A stretch of 64,000 bases of DNA from the human T2T-CHM13v2.0 reference genome, Homo sapiens. Numbering within the stretch: the stretch's first letter is position 1; each line of letters starts with the position of its first letter. The notes beneath the pieces were generated by a model that saw only the letters and a list, made by a program, of their open reading frames with translations, was not told the DNA's origin and made no database searches. Positions 1 to 13,809 of the stretch are shown piece by piece. Location: assembly GCF_009914755.1 (NCBI RefSeq), contig NC_060937.1; one strand, given 5' to 3'. The position numbers were made by a program, and so were the translations under genes.

Positions 1-1405
1 TATTTGAAGTTATGGCCTCCCGTGAGACACAATTAATTACTACCTCCTTTTTCTGCAACACTTTGTTCATACTTTGAATATAGCAGTTTTATGCCATAAG
101 ATTTATTATATAGGTTTTATGTTTTAGATACTGACTTTCTAGATGACAACTAACCTCCCTATAATATAAATCTCAATAAATGTGCCTAGACCCTAATTAA
201 TGTACACATATACATCTTACAAGTGTGTGTCAGCATACAAATAGATATGTACACATGCACATACTTGCTGGACTACAATAGGAGTGATTATTATTAAAAA
301 CAGAAGGCAGAGTGATTCAACATGTTATTGTTGAAATGACTTCCATGGTTGTCTTTTAAATATCAATCATTCAGTTTTTCATGCCAGGATTTTCATAATA
401 CATTAAGTGTGGCTTTAAACACATGAAAGCACTTTTGCTAAAAAACTGACATTATTGAAATATTGTAAGACATTTAAGGCATAAACAAGTTTGGCCTGTA
501 CATACAGCGTGAAATTCTGTCTGTTCTATGGCAAATGTCTATATGCTCCAAAGTCATAGATAGTTACTCAAAGCAGAAATAAATAATTAAAAATATGTAA
601 ATGTAGCACAGTTATCTGAATTATATTTGTTTCGATGACTGGTCAATGTTGGACTAAAAACATTTGCTCAGAGTGTTAATACATGTAATAAAAGAAAGAA
701 TTTATTAAAACAACCAGTGAATCTGATTCCCATAGTAGAAAAGCTTTTAAAATGTCAATAATAAAAATGTTTTAAAATTGACATTATTATTATTATATTG
801 TATTATAAATATCATTTTAATAGAGTAATATTATTGTATCATCATATATTAAATAATATAATAATAAAAAAGTCTAAATGGAAAGTACATTCTCATAACT
901 TCTGATTTTTTAATAACATTTAAAACACACATTTAGAAACTGAGAATTATGTAGTACAAACTTTATTCACATACATGAATTTTAAAAATTTTGTTATTAA
1001 TAATATACTTTCCACTTTTCATAAAGTTCCCTTTGGATTGCTTTTCACTTGAATTACTATAGTCATTATTGAAATAAATAAATTTCCACTACATTATAAA
1101 CAAACTTTTTAATTAGGTGCTGTACTTATTCTGTCATGAAACAGGGATATTAATGATTAAATTCATGGAATGTAACTAACAATGTAACCAGGTAAGCCAC
1201 ACTCATCAAGAGTTCATAAAATAACTGGAAACAACATCAGAGAAAAGTTTTAGACTATGTCCTAGAATATGCCTGAATGCCAGGAAATAGCAATGGCACC
1301 TATTATTTAATCGCCTTCTATGGGTCAGATGACAAGTCAGATGTCATATATGTATATATACACACACACATATATAATATATATAGAATATATATTATCT
1401 AATTC

Positions 1406-1711
<306 letters not shown>

Positions 1712-1894
1712 CTAATTCTTATAAAATATTTATATTTTGATTTTCCAGACTACTGACAAGTTTTAGAGTTTGTTGAATACTAAAAAGCTGGAAAATGGCT
1801 AAACTGTCATTAAAAAACAAAAAGTCCGCCAAAACTGGAGATGCTTTTCCTCTACCTTGTAATACCTTTGTTTGCTGTGGGCGGGTGACACTTA

Positions 1895-1955
1895 TCCTAT
1901 TTTATGCCAGTACCATGCTGTTTTGGTTACAATAGCTTTATAGTATAATTTAGAT
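1895..1955 (-). mobile_element. short L1 ORF2 fragment
   Basis: TTTTATGCCAGTACCATGCTGTTTTGGTTACAATAGCTTTATAGTATAATTT matches the recalled antisense L1 ORF2 consensus. Confidence 0.6.
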
Positions 1956-2572
1956 TTTCAATATTAGTGCCCATGTCTCTCCCCCTTTGCCCCCACCTCA
2001 CCATACACACACATAAGCAGAGCATTCTGTGATTTTGTTTTTGTGTTTGACATTTTGATTTTCTATAATAATTTGATCTAAAGTGAAACTCAGTGTATCC
2101 ATTTTTTTTTAATGTGTCTAGGCATAACTGGCTAAAATTTCTAGAAAATCCCAAAGAAGATAAAAGTCAATAAAACCTCCAAAACTAAAATTATAAACTT
2201 TGGTAGGAAAATCACCCCAGTAAGTGAGGACAGGATGATTCATATTAAGACTTTAGGCCAAGAATTTGAATTTTTTAAAGTCCTTTTTTCCAAAGCACTA
2301 GCAATAAGGGATGAAGTCCAGATATGGACACAAGCAATCTAGCCTGAGACATTGCATTTTCCCTAAATAATATGTTTTCAAAGGAATTTCAAGCAATATT
2401 TAGAGATTCATTGAGGATATTGACAAATATAGAATCTGAAAATTTTTATTTGAGAATGACTTAAAAGAAATGCATCTGCATATAAAAATGAAGAACAAAG
2501 AAAACATATCGATACTCAGAAGAAAACTGGAAAACTATATATATAAATAAATAGTTATGTCATATTGATTGA

Positions 2573-4583
2573 CATGACAATTGTAAAAACTATCTCCACC
2601 GATATGCAATAATATACAGGAATGTACACCTTCTATAAAATAGAAATTGACAAGAAAAATAAAGCTGCATACAGAGATGAAAGGAACAAGACAAGGTGAA
2701 TGTAAAATGTATAAAATACATACAATGAAATTAAAAAGCAATGGAAAACTTTTAACAAACATTGAATAAGACATACTATGGGAGAGAATCACTGATGACA
2801 ATGTGATTGATAAACTTGAGTAAGTTCCCTCAAATGAAGAATAAAGAATCAAATATATGAAAATGAAGACATGATATTAAAAGAATATGTATTAATTAAT
2901 TTCCACCTCAAGAATCATAAGTGTCCTGAGAATAAAAATTGGAAATAATTAAATTACTATTTTAAAATTAATTTGAGAAAACATCATTAAAATAAATACA
3001 GTGAGATCACATTCTGGTAACACATAGTCATAATGTGAAACACACATTGAGTGTTTCAGAATGCAAATGTGTTCCAGATAAATAATGATGCCTCCTTAAA
3101 AGATATTTGGTTTACAAACACATACACACACACGCACACCACCAAACTCAAAAACAAAAGCAAAAATTAAAGGGAGGGTGAAGTGTGTTAGAAAAAAGAG
3201 AAAGAGAGAGTAAGAGGGTAAGAGGCAGACAGAAATAGAGAGACATCATGCAATTCTCAAATATTTAATGTCATAAATGAGTCACAATTTTTTATTAAAT
3301 GAAATTAGTTGGATAGAAAACTGTATGCTATGAGCCTAATTGTAAAAATTAAAATATGTACACATTGAAATACTAAAACATAAAGATCATATGCATATAA
3401 ATAGCTTTTCTAGTGTTATCTGTAAATAAAATAAAGGAAAAGACCAACGTAAAGGGAATCAGTGGTTTAAATAATCATATATAAAAATAGCTTGATGTAA
3501 AATATAGCATATGTAGTGTTTACAATATATTAAATCCTTATATTTAGAACATTTATGATAAATGATATTGATGTTTTCTATTTGTATATGTATAATCTAT
3601 ATAATAATGTGTTGGGACTATAAGGCATCCTACAAAAATTGGCAGAGGAATAAGAATAGGCACTCTAAATGATAAAATACATTTTAAAAGGTAATAAAAT
3701 TGTAACCACACAAAAAATAAAAAAATAAAAACAGAAAAATGTTAACAAGAAAGTAGTATAATTTTCTACTCATTAACTTGGAAAAGATAGAAATCAGTAG
3801 CTAATATAGCATCCAGAATGACACATCTGGAGGATGGTTTCATTCAGTGCTGGTGGGAGTATAAATTGATTAAAAATTTCTGAAAGACAAATTGGCAAGT
3901 ACATTTCAAGCCTATGAATTTTTCAGAAATCTTCATCCAAAAAAACTTGCTTATAGGTTAACTTCCTATATAATATTCAGAAATATGTACTAATATGTAT
4001 AGCTAAATGGGTTCATTAAAACACAATAACATCTAGAAACCGAGGCAATCTAAATACACATTGCTTAAATAGTCATATTGGCAAAGGCAGAATATTATGA
4101 GTTCAGTAATGTGTGTTTCTAAAATATTTTAATATCATAAAATCATAATATTTTTAATGAAATGAGGCAGGTAGAAAATTATATGCCTGATGTTATTCTA
4201 ATTTTTAAATAAAAATATATATTCACTGAAATATAAGAAAATTAATAACGCTAAATTTCTGAATGTCAGAAATGGATGTAACACTTTTTGTGCATATTCT
4301 GAATGGAAATACATATCCAGAAGATACCCATAAATGCCACTTGAAAAATAAAGTAAAATGAGTTGAAGTAGTGTTAGGTAAACAAACCACTGGCATCACA
4401 AGGCCTTTCCTCCTCCAGCTGCTCTTCTGGCCTGTCAGCCCATTCGTGGCAGTGAGAAGCCATTAGAGCAGGTGGCTGCTCATTTTATTTTGATATGGAA
4501 GATTAACCTCAGAGCTATTTCTGCATTTACTAGAAAACAGTGAGTCATGACAATTGTAAAAACTATCTCCACCGCTATGCAAT
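2573..4583 (+). repeat. dispersed 38-bp direct repeat (copies at 2573-2610 and 4546-4583)
   Basis: CATGACAATTGTAAAAACTATCTCCACCG(A/C)TATGCAAT occurs twice, 37/38 identical, 1973 bp apart. Confidence 0.95.
3780..4300 (+). mobile_element. ancient L1M (L1ME/MC-like) 3' fragment
   Basis: TCATTCAGTGCTGGTGGGAGTATAAATTG...AATTGGCAAGTAC resembles the L1 ORF2 C-terminal region; highly decayed. Confidence 0.5.
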
Positions 4584-5552
4584 CAAATTCTTTTATACCA
4601 GGGCTAACTCTAACAGGGAATGAATACTGATAAAGGATGCAAATTATTTACAATTTTTAAATTACTTTTTAAAAATTATTTTTCTCAGTTTTTCTGTCAA
4701 CTATTTATAGATGAAAACATAATAGAAGGGTTATCGTTAACAATACCATAATGTTATTAGTTTTGTTTTTCAACGTGTCAAAGTGGAATTGTAACTAGTG
4801 ATCTTGTGTTCAAATGAAACAAGGACTTATCTGTAACTCAAGAGAGTAGATATTTATCAATCATTATTTAGTCTATAATAATTCTGTTCATATATGCATG
4901 TTTCTTCCTGTTTTCAAGAGTGGCTGTGCTATATTCCCCCCAGATTCCTTTTAGTAATTAAGTAACAACACATTTTAGATCAATGTAAGCACTAGGACTA
5001 TTTTGACCTTGTATTTGAAATAGTCTGCTACACTAGGGATGAGACATGCAAGATAAATTTAGAAGAAAAACTTAATTGGCATTTAGTGTGCATTGTTTGC
5101 TGGTTCAAAGAATTAGCCTTTGTGAATTTGTCCAGAACATTAATATTATCACACTGCAATCAGCATTTGTCAGTTCTCATCAAGAGTATCATCTACTTCT
5201 TAGGACTATCTTGGGTGTTTTCAGGCCATGTAATGGGAAACCAATTGGCAATAATGAGAGGTAGGTTGTAGATTTTAAAAATGGCACATTAATAAGTTGA
5301 TAAAAATAGATATTAACCTCTCAAACAATATAAATATATGTTAAACTACCTCTAAATTTCTCATAGGAAATAAAATATATACAGTTTTGAATTTTATTCA
5401 GTGTATGAAATTGTAACATAATTTAAGTTTTACTAATAAAGATACTCTCGTAGGCTTACTATATATGATGCCTTGGCAAGCCATAAAAACCCAAAAACTA
5501 CAACTCAGTGAGGTAATTTTTGATGAAATATGTACCCTTTTTAAAATATGAC

Positions 5553-6024
5553 TGTGATAATTAATTTTGATGTGTCAACTTCCCTAGGCTATGCTACCTA
5601 GTTGTTGGATCAAACACTAGTCTAGACGTTGTTGTGAGGGCACCCACAAATATGACCAATATTTATAGTTAACTTTAAGTATAGCAGATTACCTTCCATA
5701 ATGTTTATGAGCTTTATCCAATCAATTGAAAGTCCTAAGAGCAACAAAAGTTTACCTGAAGAAGCAATTAGGCCTGAAGACTGTCTGTTAAAAACCTACC
5801 TGAGTTTCCAGCATCAGACTGGCCTGCCCTGCAGACTTTGGAGTCAAGATTGCAGCATCAATTCTAACAGAATTTCTAGCCTGCTGGCTTGCTGTATGCA
5901 TTTTAGACTTGCCACCCCCCACAATCACATATGCCAATTCCTTAATCTCTCTGTTTCCTCTCTCTCTCTTTCTCTCTTTCTGCATCTGTTAGCTCTGTTG
6001 CCCTGGAGAACTCTAACTAACACA
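5553..6024 (+). mobile_element. ERVL solo LTR, MLT2D-like
   Basis: Starts TGTGATAATTAATTTTGATGTGTCAACTT and ends CTGGAGAACTCTAACTAACACA, both MLT2-type termini. Flanks ATGAC/GTGGC may be a decayed 5-bp TSD. Confidence 0.85.
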
Positions 6025-6099
6025 GTGGCTGAATGTGACTGTAAGAGTTTCTCTAGAGTGGAGTCATTATGCTGTAAACATACTAGATATTGTCAAATT

Positions 6100-6795
6100 G
6101 TACCCATGTCTTATCCACTCTCTCTCAATTGGTTCCTTCTGGATGATTTCTTTTAAACAATCAAATGGTGCTTTTTCCAAAGACCACCTACGGACTAATC
6201 AGCTTACATTCCCCCATTGAAAGCCCATAAAAACACTGGACTCAGCCACACAGTCAACTATCCACTCTCACATCCCCTCTCACAGATGAGAGCTTTCCTT
6301 CTGTTGTTCAATAAAATTCTTCTCTGTCTTACTCACTCTCTGGTGTCTGCACACCTTATTCCTCTTGGTTGTGGGACAAGAACCAGGAACCCGCTAAACA
6401 GCAGGGGTGAAAAGAGCTGTAACATGCTCTGATTCACTGGACTATGGGAGAAAGAGCGTTATAACATGCTCCTGCTCAACAAGGTACAAGCTATTGGAAT
6501 GAAGAGCTGTGACATCTCTTGGGGGCTCACACCTCAGGACTCCCTAAGCAGGAGCTGTAACACCCCTTGGGGCTCTGCAATTGCTAGCATCTCTGAGTTT
6601 TGGGGTGTCATCTTGTTCCCTTCATCCAGATGCTGGTGCACAATGCAGAAGCCACTCACAGCACACTGGGTCCAGCTGTAGGCTGAGGGTAGTGTCACGA
6701 TCTTTGAGATCCTAGTGGGTATGAGCCCAGGCAGAGGTGGTGGTGGCTGCAGAGGTTTTTGGCTGCTGAAGCAGCACTGGAAGAATCCTGTAACA
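6100..6795 (+). mobile_element. ERV1-class LTR (MER52/LTR27/LTR28-like), 5' boundary uncertain
   Basis: GCCCATAAAAACACTGGACTCAGCC, AATAAAATTCTTCTC, repeated GAGCTGTAACA units and terminus AAGAATCCTGTAACA. Confidence 0.7.
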
Positions 6796-8774
6796 GGAAT
6801 ATCTACAATGTATCTAAGCCTCAGAAATAATTGGGACCAAATATAAAACTAACATTATGACTTTGTGTTTCTTGTTTCTACTTCACTTGGGATATGTGTT
6901 CCAGCCTCTCCCAGTGAAGGTCATCCTTTCTATAAGTGTAAAGTGGTTTGGTTGTCAGTATTTCTAAATTTTACATCTAAAAATTTCTGGTGTTTTCTTT
7001 CCCAGTTTTAATTTTTGGAGAAAAATGAGGAGGAAATTTGACTATCTTAGTTTGGGTCAAATGCCCATTGTTGGACCAGTCAACTGTATCTAGGAGAAAG
7101 GACTATAATCATCAACTTATTTAGAAACAAATGCTAACCACTAGACTAATCTGTCTGACTATAAAACAAGGGAAAATAAGAATCTGAATTTCCCATTTGT
7201 CACTACATAATGCAATCAGGCAAGGGACTTTTTTAGAATGAACAGCTTTTTCTGAGAAGAGAGGAGAACATTACATACAATTTAAATGAAGGATGTCTAG
7301 TACAAGTCTTATTTAAAGATAACCAGCCCTTGCTTAACTGACATATTGATTCTTGGACAACATTCTTAATGAAGGAAAGAAATGTTTCCACATACTGTGC
7401 TCCTAATGGCATGACATTTGCAGAATGATTTAATCTGATGTGCCTCAGTTTGCTTAAATAGGAAAAGAAGAAAACATTAGCACCTACTTAATAAAGCTGC
7501 CCAATGACATAATATACTGAAAATAAATATGTAATTGAAAACAATATAATATTATATGAGATTCAGTTACAAGTTTTACTGACAATGTTACAGAGTTGCT
7601 TGCATTTGCTATGTTACCTCATAAATAAAATCTAAAATAGCAGTTAAATTAAAAGAACAGCTTTCATATGCTGATTGTTTGGATGTTAATTACTGTTCTC
7701 TGACTTAGAAGATGTAACTCAGAGGTTATTCATTTCTGAGTTTAATTAATTTCTTTGTGTCTAAGTATTTCATCAGAATATTTGGTATAATAATACATAC
7801 TTTCTAGGATTGCCAGGATTCTATTAATTATCACTTAGAATAGTGCTTTACTATATAATAATTTCTCAGAAAAAGAGTAAAGGTAACCTGTTTTGCTGGC
7901 TTGTTTTTACAGTGTCTACATTTTTACATTCTTATTATTTGTAGACCTTTTTGGTTATTTCTCAAATATATTTTCTCAGAGAAAGAATAACAGAAAATTT
8001 ATTGCTTCTAATTTGCATCATCAACACATCTAATCTTTGACATTTAAATTCAATTAACAGGAAAAAAGCTTTTAATATTTTTATATAATCTAGAGTCTCA
8101 AAAGTACTATGGTTCAAGTATCTATGCCAGACACATTGACATTAATTTCAGAAGCACAGCACAGAGTGAGTGGAGAATATTTTTCTGATATTTCCTTTCC
8201 TCCATAGACCATGGACCTCCCCAATTATCATTCACAATCTATGCTTTTATGGTAATTGTTATGAGTCAAGTTTATGTCAGCAAAATTATAGAAAATCAGA
8301 TAGAGTCAGAAATATATTGATAATTTATGCATGAAGCAGAATAAGTCATAAATATATGATTAATGACCAGTCATTAGAGATAAATAATTATCCAAAACTA
8401 TCCACAACAATATTCACTCTCACTAAATTAGCACTTTCTCACTAATATTCTACATAATATTTATAGAATGATTAACTGAAGACTTTTTAGTAAAAAAGTA
8501 TTTAAATAAGAAACAAAAAAAAGATTCAATGAGTACTTACATCTCATATTTTTTGCCTTTTTTAAGCTTATGAGTTATACCTTTTGCATGCTCAATTACA
8601 AAACAATATTTTTTCATTGAGAAAACTCAAGTGTTTAAAAATGCTACAATTAAAAATCTTAACTTTCTATTTTTAAAAAGTATAAATTTCATCAAAATAA
8701 AACATTTCATCATTCTGTTATAAAATACTGACAATGAAACATTAAAAATATTTTTCTGTATTCAATTCTTTATT

Positions 8775-8860
8775 AGAAGTATTTCATTTAAATAAAGATT
8801 ACAAAATAACACAAAAGAAGTATTTCATTTATATGAAGATCACAAAATATTTGACACAAA
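8775..8860 (+). repeat. imperfect ~41-bp tandem duplication
   Basis: AGAAGTATTTCATTTA(A/T)AT(A/G)AAGAT(T/C)ACAAAATA starts at 8775 and again at 8816. Confidence 0.8.
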
Positions 8861-11698
8861 CTAATAAAATATACCAAATTGTGTACAGGTTGTATCAGGA
8901 AACCTAAAAGATATATAGTTCGCTAAACAGGGGAAGTAAATCTAAGTTAGAACTTTAAGAACAAGCAGTATTTATTATAAAAATTTGGAAAACTAAAGCC
9001 CCCAAAACATAAAATATTTTAAATACATTTTTAAATTACCAGAGCTTTATAATGTATAACTTAAAATATTGAAGATATTTATAAGTGTCATGTTGTCTAT
9101 TCTATACTTTTAATAACAATAGGAACACTGCAATAAACTAGAAAATTAAATGTGCAACTAACAGATTTTAAGAAGCAATATATATATTATTTCATTGTAT
9201 TCATTTGTAATTAAATTGAATAGCAAGAGATTCTCTGTTATAATCAAGATGTTTTATGAAAAAGAATCAGTCTGAAATCTTAATTCACAGATGAAATTAT
9301 AAGTAGCAATCATTTAAATTTATATGTACTTCAAGAAGGCCTTTGAATACATCACTAGAAAATCCTCAAGAACTTAAAAAATATGAATATTAGGAAAACT
9401 GATATTCTAGTAACCCCCAACTGATTGGAGGATAATGTTAAACAGACGGTGATGACAGATCTGGAATTAGCTTGAACAAGTGGTATTTCCCAGAGGTCAG
9501 ACCTGGTTTCAGTTTTTAAAAATATCTTTTTGATGACCTGATTGAAAAAGTTTCGAGTGTGATTTTTACATTTTTTGAAATGTTTTTTGATTGTGTGTGT
9601 GTTTATTAAACCAATGTAATTTACAAACCTAAACTTACATAATTCAAACATTTTTATAAACATCTTTTGAAAATTATGGTCATTATTCAACATTGTTCAA
9701 ATATGTAGTAATTTAATATAGAAGAGTAAAGCCCTCTCTAATGTTTGAGCAATATAGCAAATAGCAAATATATATATATATATGTGTAGTTAAGGAGGAA
9801 ACTTTACATCCATACCTTTATAATTTGGTTCAAGTAAGTAATTTTAGTTTGTACTGAATTATGGCTTTTAATTTACTTGACCAAAAATTAGGAAAAGTCT
9901 TCGGCAATGTAGTGAATATTACATTTCTATCACTCAGTGTTCTGATACCCTGGAGATTCCCTAGTCGTAATGAGTTTATAAAATCAACTAAAAGATGTTC
10001 TTTCCTTAAAATGATTCATTTAAATTCTGTACTCTCTAAATATATGTTTTATACCTTATAATTATTTATATGACAAGTTTTGATGACTATTTCTAAAGTA
10101 AGCTTAATGATTCAAAACCTACTTTCAATGAAATGTCACTACATTTTCACAGATTTTTAAAATAACTTCTCAGTGGATAATGTCCTAAAGTTGACTAAAA
10201 AGAAAGACATTTTGCAAAATAATAATTTTATGTTTTCTTTTTCTATTCATTAGGTGAAGCAATTTTGTATTACACATGAGTGTAATTTTTACTCTTTGTC
10301 TCTGATTGAAATAAAGTAAACGGCTTTGATAAAACTGGTTATTCACACCTGAAATTGACAGTGTTGAAACAAATTAATAAAATTAGTATCCTGGCACAAT
10401 TATGGTCTTCAAGCAAAAGTGATGACACGCAAAGCAAAAATCAGATAACAAGCTTATTCCTTTGTTGGCAGATGCATTCTAAATTTTTTGAATAAGACTA
10501 TCTTCCCAGTTGTGTAATGATGATATGTGAATAATAAGCAAGCAAGTGTTGCTATCTATCATAATCTTTTTACATATATATGCATATAAACCAAATTTTA
10601 AAATGTATTCAATACAGCTAGAAAGCAAAATGCCTTTAAACCTTGATATTATCCTTGTGAAATGATTGCCTCTGGAAAGAAAAGGGAAGAAAGCAAACAA
10701 GCAGTACCCATTAATACATTTTCGACTGAATTAAATTGTCTGTTGCACACTCAGTAAATCTTTTATAAGTTTATGTCTTTTGGTTTCAAAACACTTTAAT
10801 TTACTGTAAAAAGTAATAGGGTTTCTGTCATCAATATGTGATTTGTAATGCCTTAATAAAGAGTATGATGTCTTATACCCAACTTCTGTGGATAAAAATC
10901 TAAAGTTTCATGTGCCCTTAGAAACTCAATATTGTGGTGCAGGCTGTATATTTTGGTATAAGAAACCATAAATATTACATGGATAATATTTATTGTTTTC
11001 AACACTTCTTTTTTGAAACAAGTAAACGTGTATATTGTGGGCCAGCTTTGAAAAATGCCAGTATTTCCACTATTTAATGTATGTTCAACATCACTTTAAT
11101 AAAGTTTGAGTACAACAGAGACCCATCTCTTTCCTTAATGTACTGCATAATTAATGATTAATTTCCTGTGGCCAAGAAAAATACTGGTGACTTAACATAC
11201 AGGATGAACCCTAACAATTTCTCCTATGCACATTCATATTATTTTGTTTTTGCAAATTAATAGAGGCACTCAGGAATGTAGTCTTTAATTGCTAAATAAA
11301 TGTGTTTCCTAGATAAATGCATTGGTCAATAGTGATAAGCATAACAAAGGTATATTTAAACAGTTACCGTTATTTTTTAAGTCTTTTATTTTTCTTGTTG
11401 GTTGCATTATTATAATCTACTATTACCAGCATTGCTCAGTTAGAAATCTTATGTATATTTAAATGATTAATTCAAAGTTACTGTATACAATAATTATTGC
11501 TGAAGTCAATAGCACTCATATGCTGATATAGATGAATGGATTACATATCTATAGGTGAGAAACAACAGTCCTACATAGACTTAAATACCATTCAATTCAT
11601 GCCATCTTGATAACACAAAAGGGAATATCACTACGTTAAAATTGGAAAAGCAATTTTTAAGTTCACATAAAATCTAATTCATTTTGAGAGCTTAAACC

Positions 11699-12324
11699 TG
11701 TGAACTCAAAAGCACCTGAGACAGGTCTCAAGCAGTTTAAAAAGTTAATTTTGTCAAGGTTAGGGATGAGCCCATGACACAGCCTCAAGAGGTATTGATG
11801 ACGTGTTTCCAACGAGGTTAGAGTACAGCTCGCTTGCATAGATTTTAGGGAGACATAATACATCACTGAATACATGTAAGATATACATTGATTTGATCCG
11901 GAATGGTGAGACAACTCAAAGCGGGGCTTTCAGCTCATAGTAGACTTAAAGATTTTCTGACTGGCAATTGGTTGACATAGGTAAGTTATTTTCTAAAGAA
12001 CTGGAATCAATAGAAAGGAATGTCTGGGTGATGATAAGGGATTGTGGGGAGCAAGTTTTATCATGCAGATGAAGCCCTTAGGTAGCAGGCTTCAGAGAGA
12101 ATCGTTTGTAAATGTTTCTTTTCAGACTTAAGGTGTGTGTTGATGTTAATGCTGGTCGACTTTTCCTGAATTCCAAAAAGAAGGAGGGTAAAATGAAGCA
12201 TATCTGACCCCTTCTTGCCATCATTGCCTCCACTAGTTATTCAGGTTAACTTTGGAATGCCTTTGGCCAAGAGGAGGTGTTTGTTCAGATGGTTGGGAGC
12301 TTAGAATTTTATTTTTAATTTACA
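11699..12324 (-). mobile_element. MER4-family ERV1 solo LTR
   Basis: Reverse complement begins TGTAAATTAAAAATAAAATTCTAAGCTCCCAACC; the other end is TGTGAACTCAAAAGCACCTGAGACAGGTCTCA. Flanks AACC/AACA fit a 4-bp TSD with one mismatch. Confidence 0.88.
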
Positions 12325-13809
12325 AACACAACCAAAGACATATTGTTCATTGACACAAATTCAATTCCTGAATGAGTCTTGCCAGTTTTGTAGATTTTTA
12401 ATGAATATCTGAGTGCCCATATTTATTTTTCATTAGTCAAATATTTTGATACCTTGGAAATATGAAGATTAAAACTAAACAAACATAATAGTTTATTATA
12501 AAAAGTAGTCAATGTTTTCTGTATTATTACTTGTGGTGCTGGTGTCAAATATCAATTTCATACATGAAAATAATATTCCTCTGTTCTGGAATTATTAAAA
12601 GCTTTTTTTCTGTATGATCATATGAAATGTCGTGCTAATTTTACCCTGTGTGTTTTATTCAATACATTTGAGTTAAAAGAGGAAAATAAGCCTCTATGCA
12701 CATTGAAGTTAGTAATTTAATTATATAATATGTCCATGTCGAAGTCTAGGAAAGCTGAAATCACAAGACAAAAATCAATGAGTCCTATTAAAAACTTTTT
12801 GTGGAGAAATCATATGCCCTGCAACCATCAATCACTTCAGTAAAAAATACCAGGCAATTAATACACTATTCACTTTTAACCTTATACATAAAGGTTTTTG
12901 CCTGATGTATTTACATTTTAATGTTATATAATCAATAAAACATGTGATGACTATTATTTATAAGTTTATATGTTTTCACTTCCATCTTCTTTAGTAAGTG
13001 TCAGAATAAAAGAATATAGTCAGGCAAAGAGAAAATAAGAAAATTATACTAGACACCTATAGATTAAGTTCATAACTGAACGTATTTCAATGAGTGTTAT
13101 ATAATGAGAATGACAGGTAATAGAGGAGAACGAAGAAAGGTCATCATGGTAACTAGAAAGCAAAGAACATTTTATTGGTGTTGAAATTTGAATTAATTCA
13201 TATTCATATTCTATATTAGTCACCTGATCAATTCCAAAGCTATGAAACAGAATAAATTGCATAATGCAGAATTATTTTCTTTGCAGGTGATGGTATTACT
13301 TAAAAAAGTTCTGGTTCTGCTAGCTAATGTTGATGTTGCACTATTGTTTGTAGACAGAAGAAATTATCAACCTTCCAACTAGCCTAGTTGCCAGAAAAGC
13401 AGTTCATTTCAACTTCCAGGAATAGAGTCAAAGTACCAAAAATGTGTTTAAAATGTGGAAACAGAAAACAGAATTACTGGTTTTTAAAAAAATTGAAAGA
13501 TGTATACAGACATATATGTTACAAATGTCTGTAATAAAAATATATATTCCAACTAGTAAATACATATACATAATTGTTATAATGATGGTAATATATAGTT
13601 ATCACATACCAGCACTGTGCTAAGATTTTTCCTCATAGATTTAACTAAACAGCAAAACGCAAATATTTAATAGTAGAAGTATTAGCATAAGTTTACCTCC
13701 ATGATACCATCAGCACAATGAAGATAATGAACATATTCATCATTCCCTACAACTCCTTTAGGCCCCATTGTAATCCCCCTGTCCCTCCTTGTTGCTTCTC
13801 AACCACAAG

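Noticed and set aside
13272-13290. Splice-acceptor-like TTATTTTCTTTGCAG|GT
   Set aside because: No supporting open frame or matched donor; such motifs are frequent in AT-rich DNA. Exons of a spanning gene or lncRNA cannot be excluded without transcript data.
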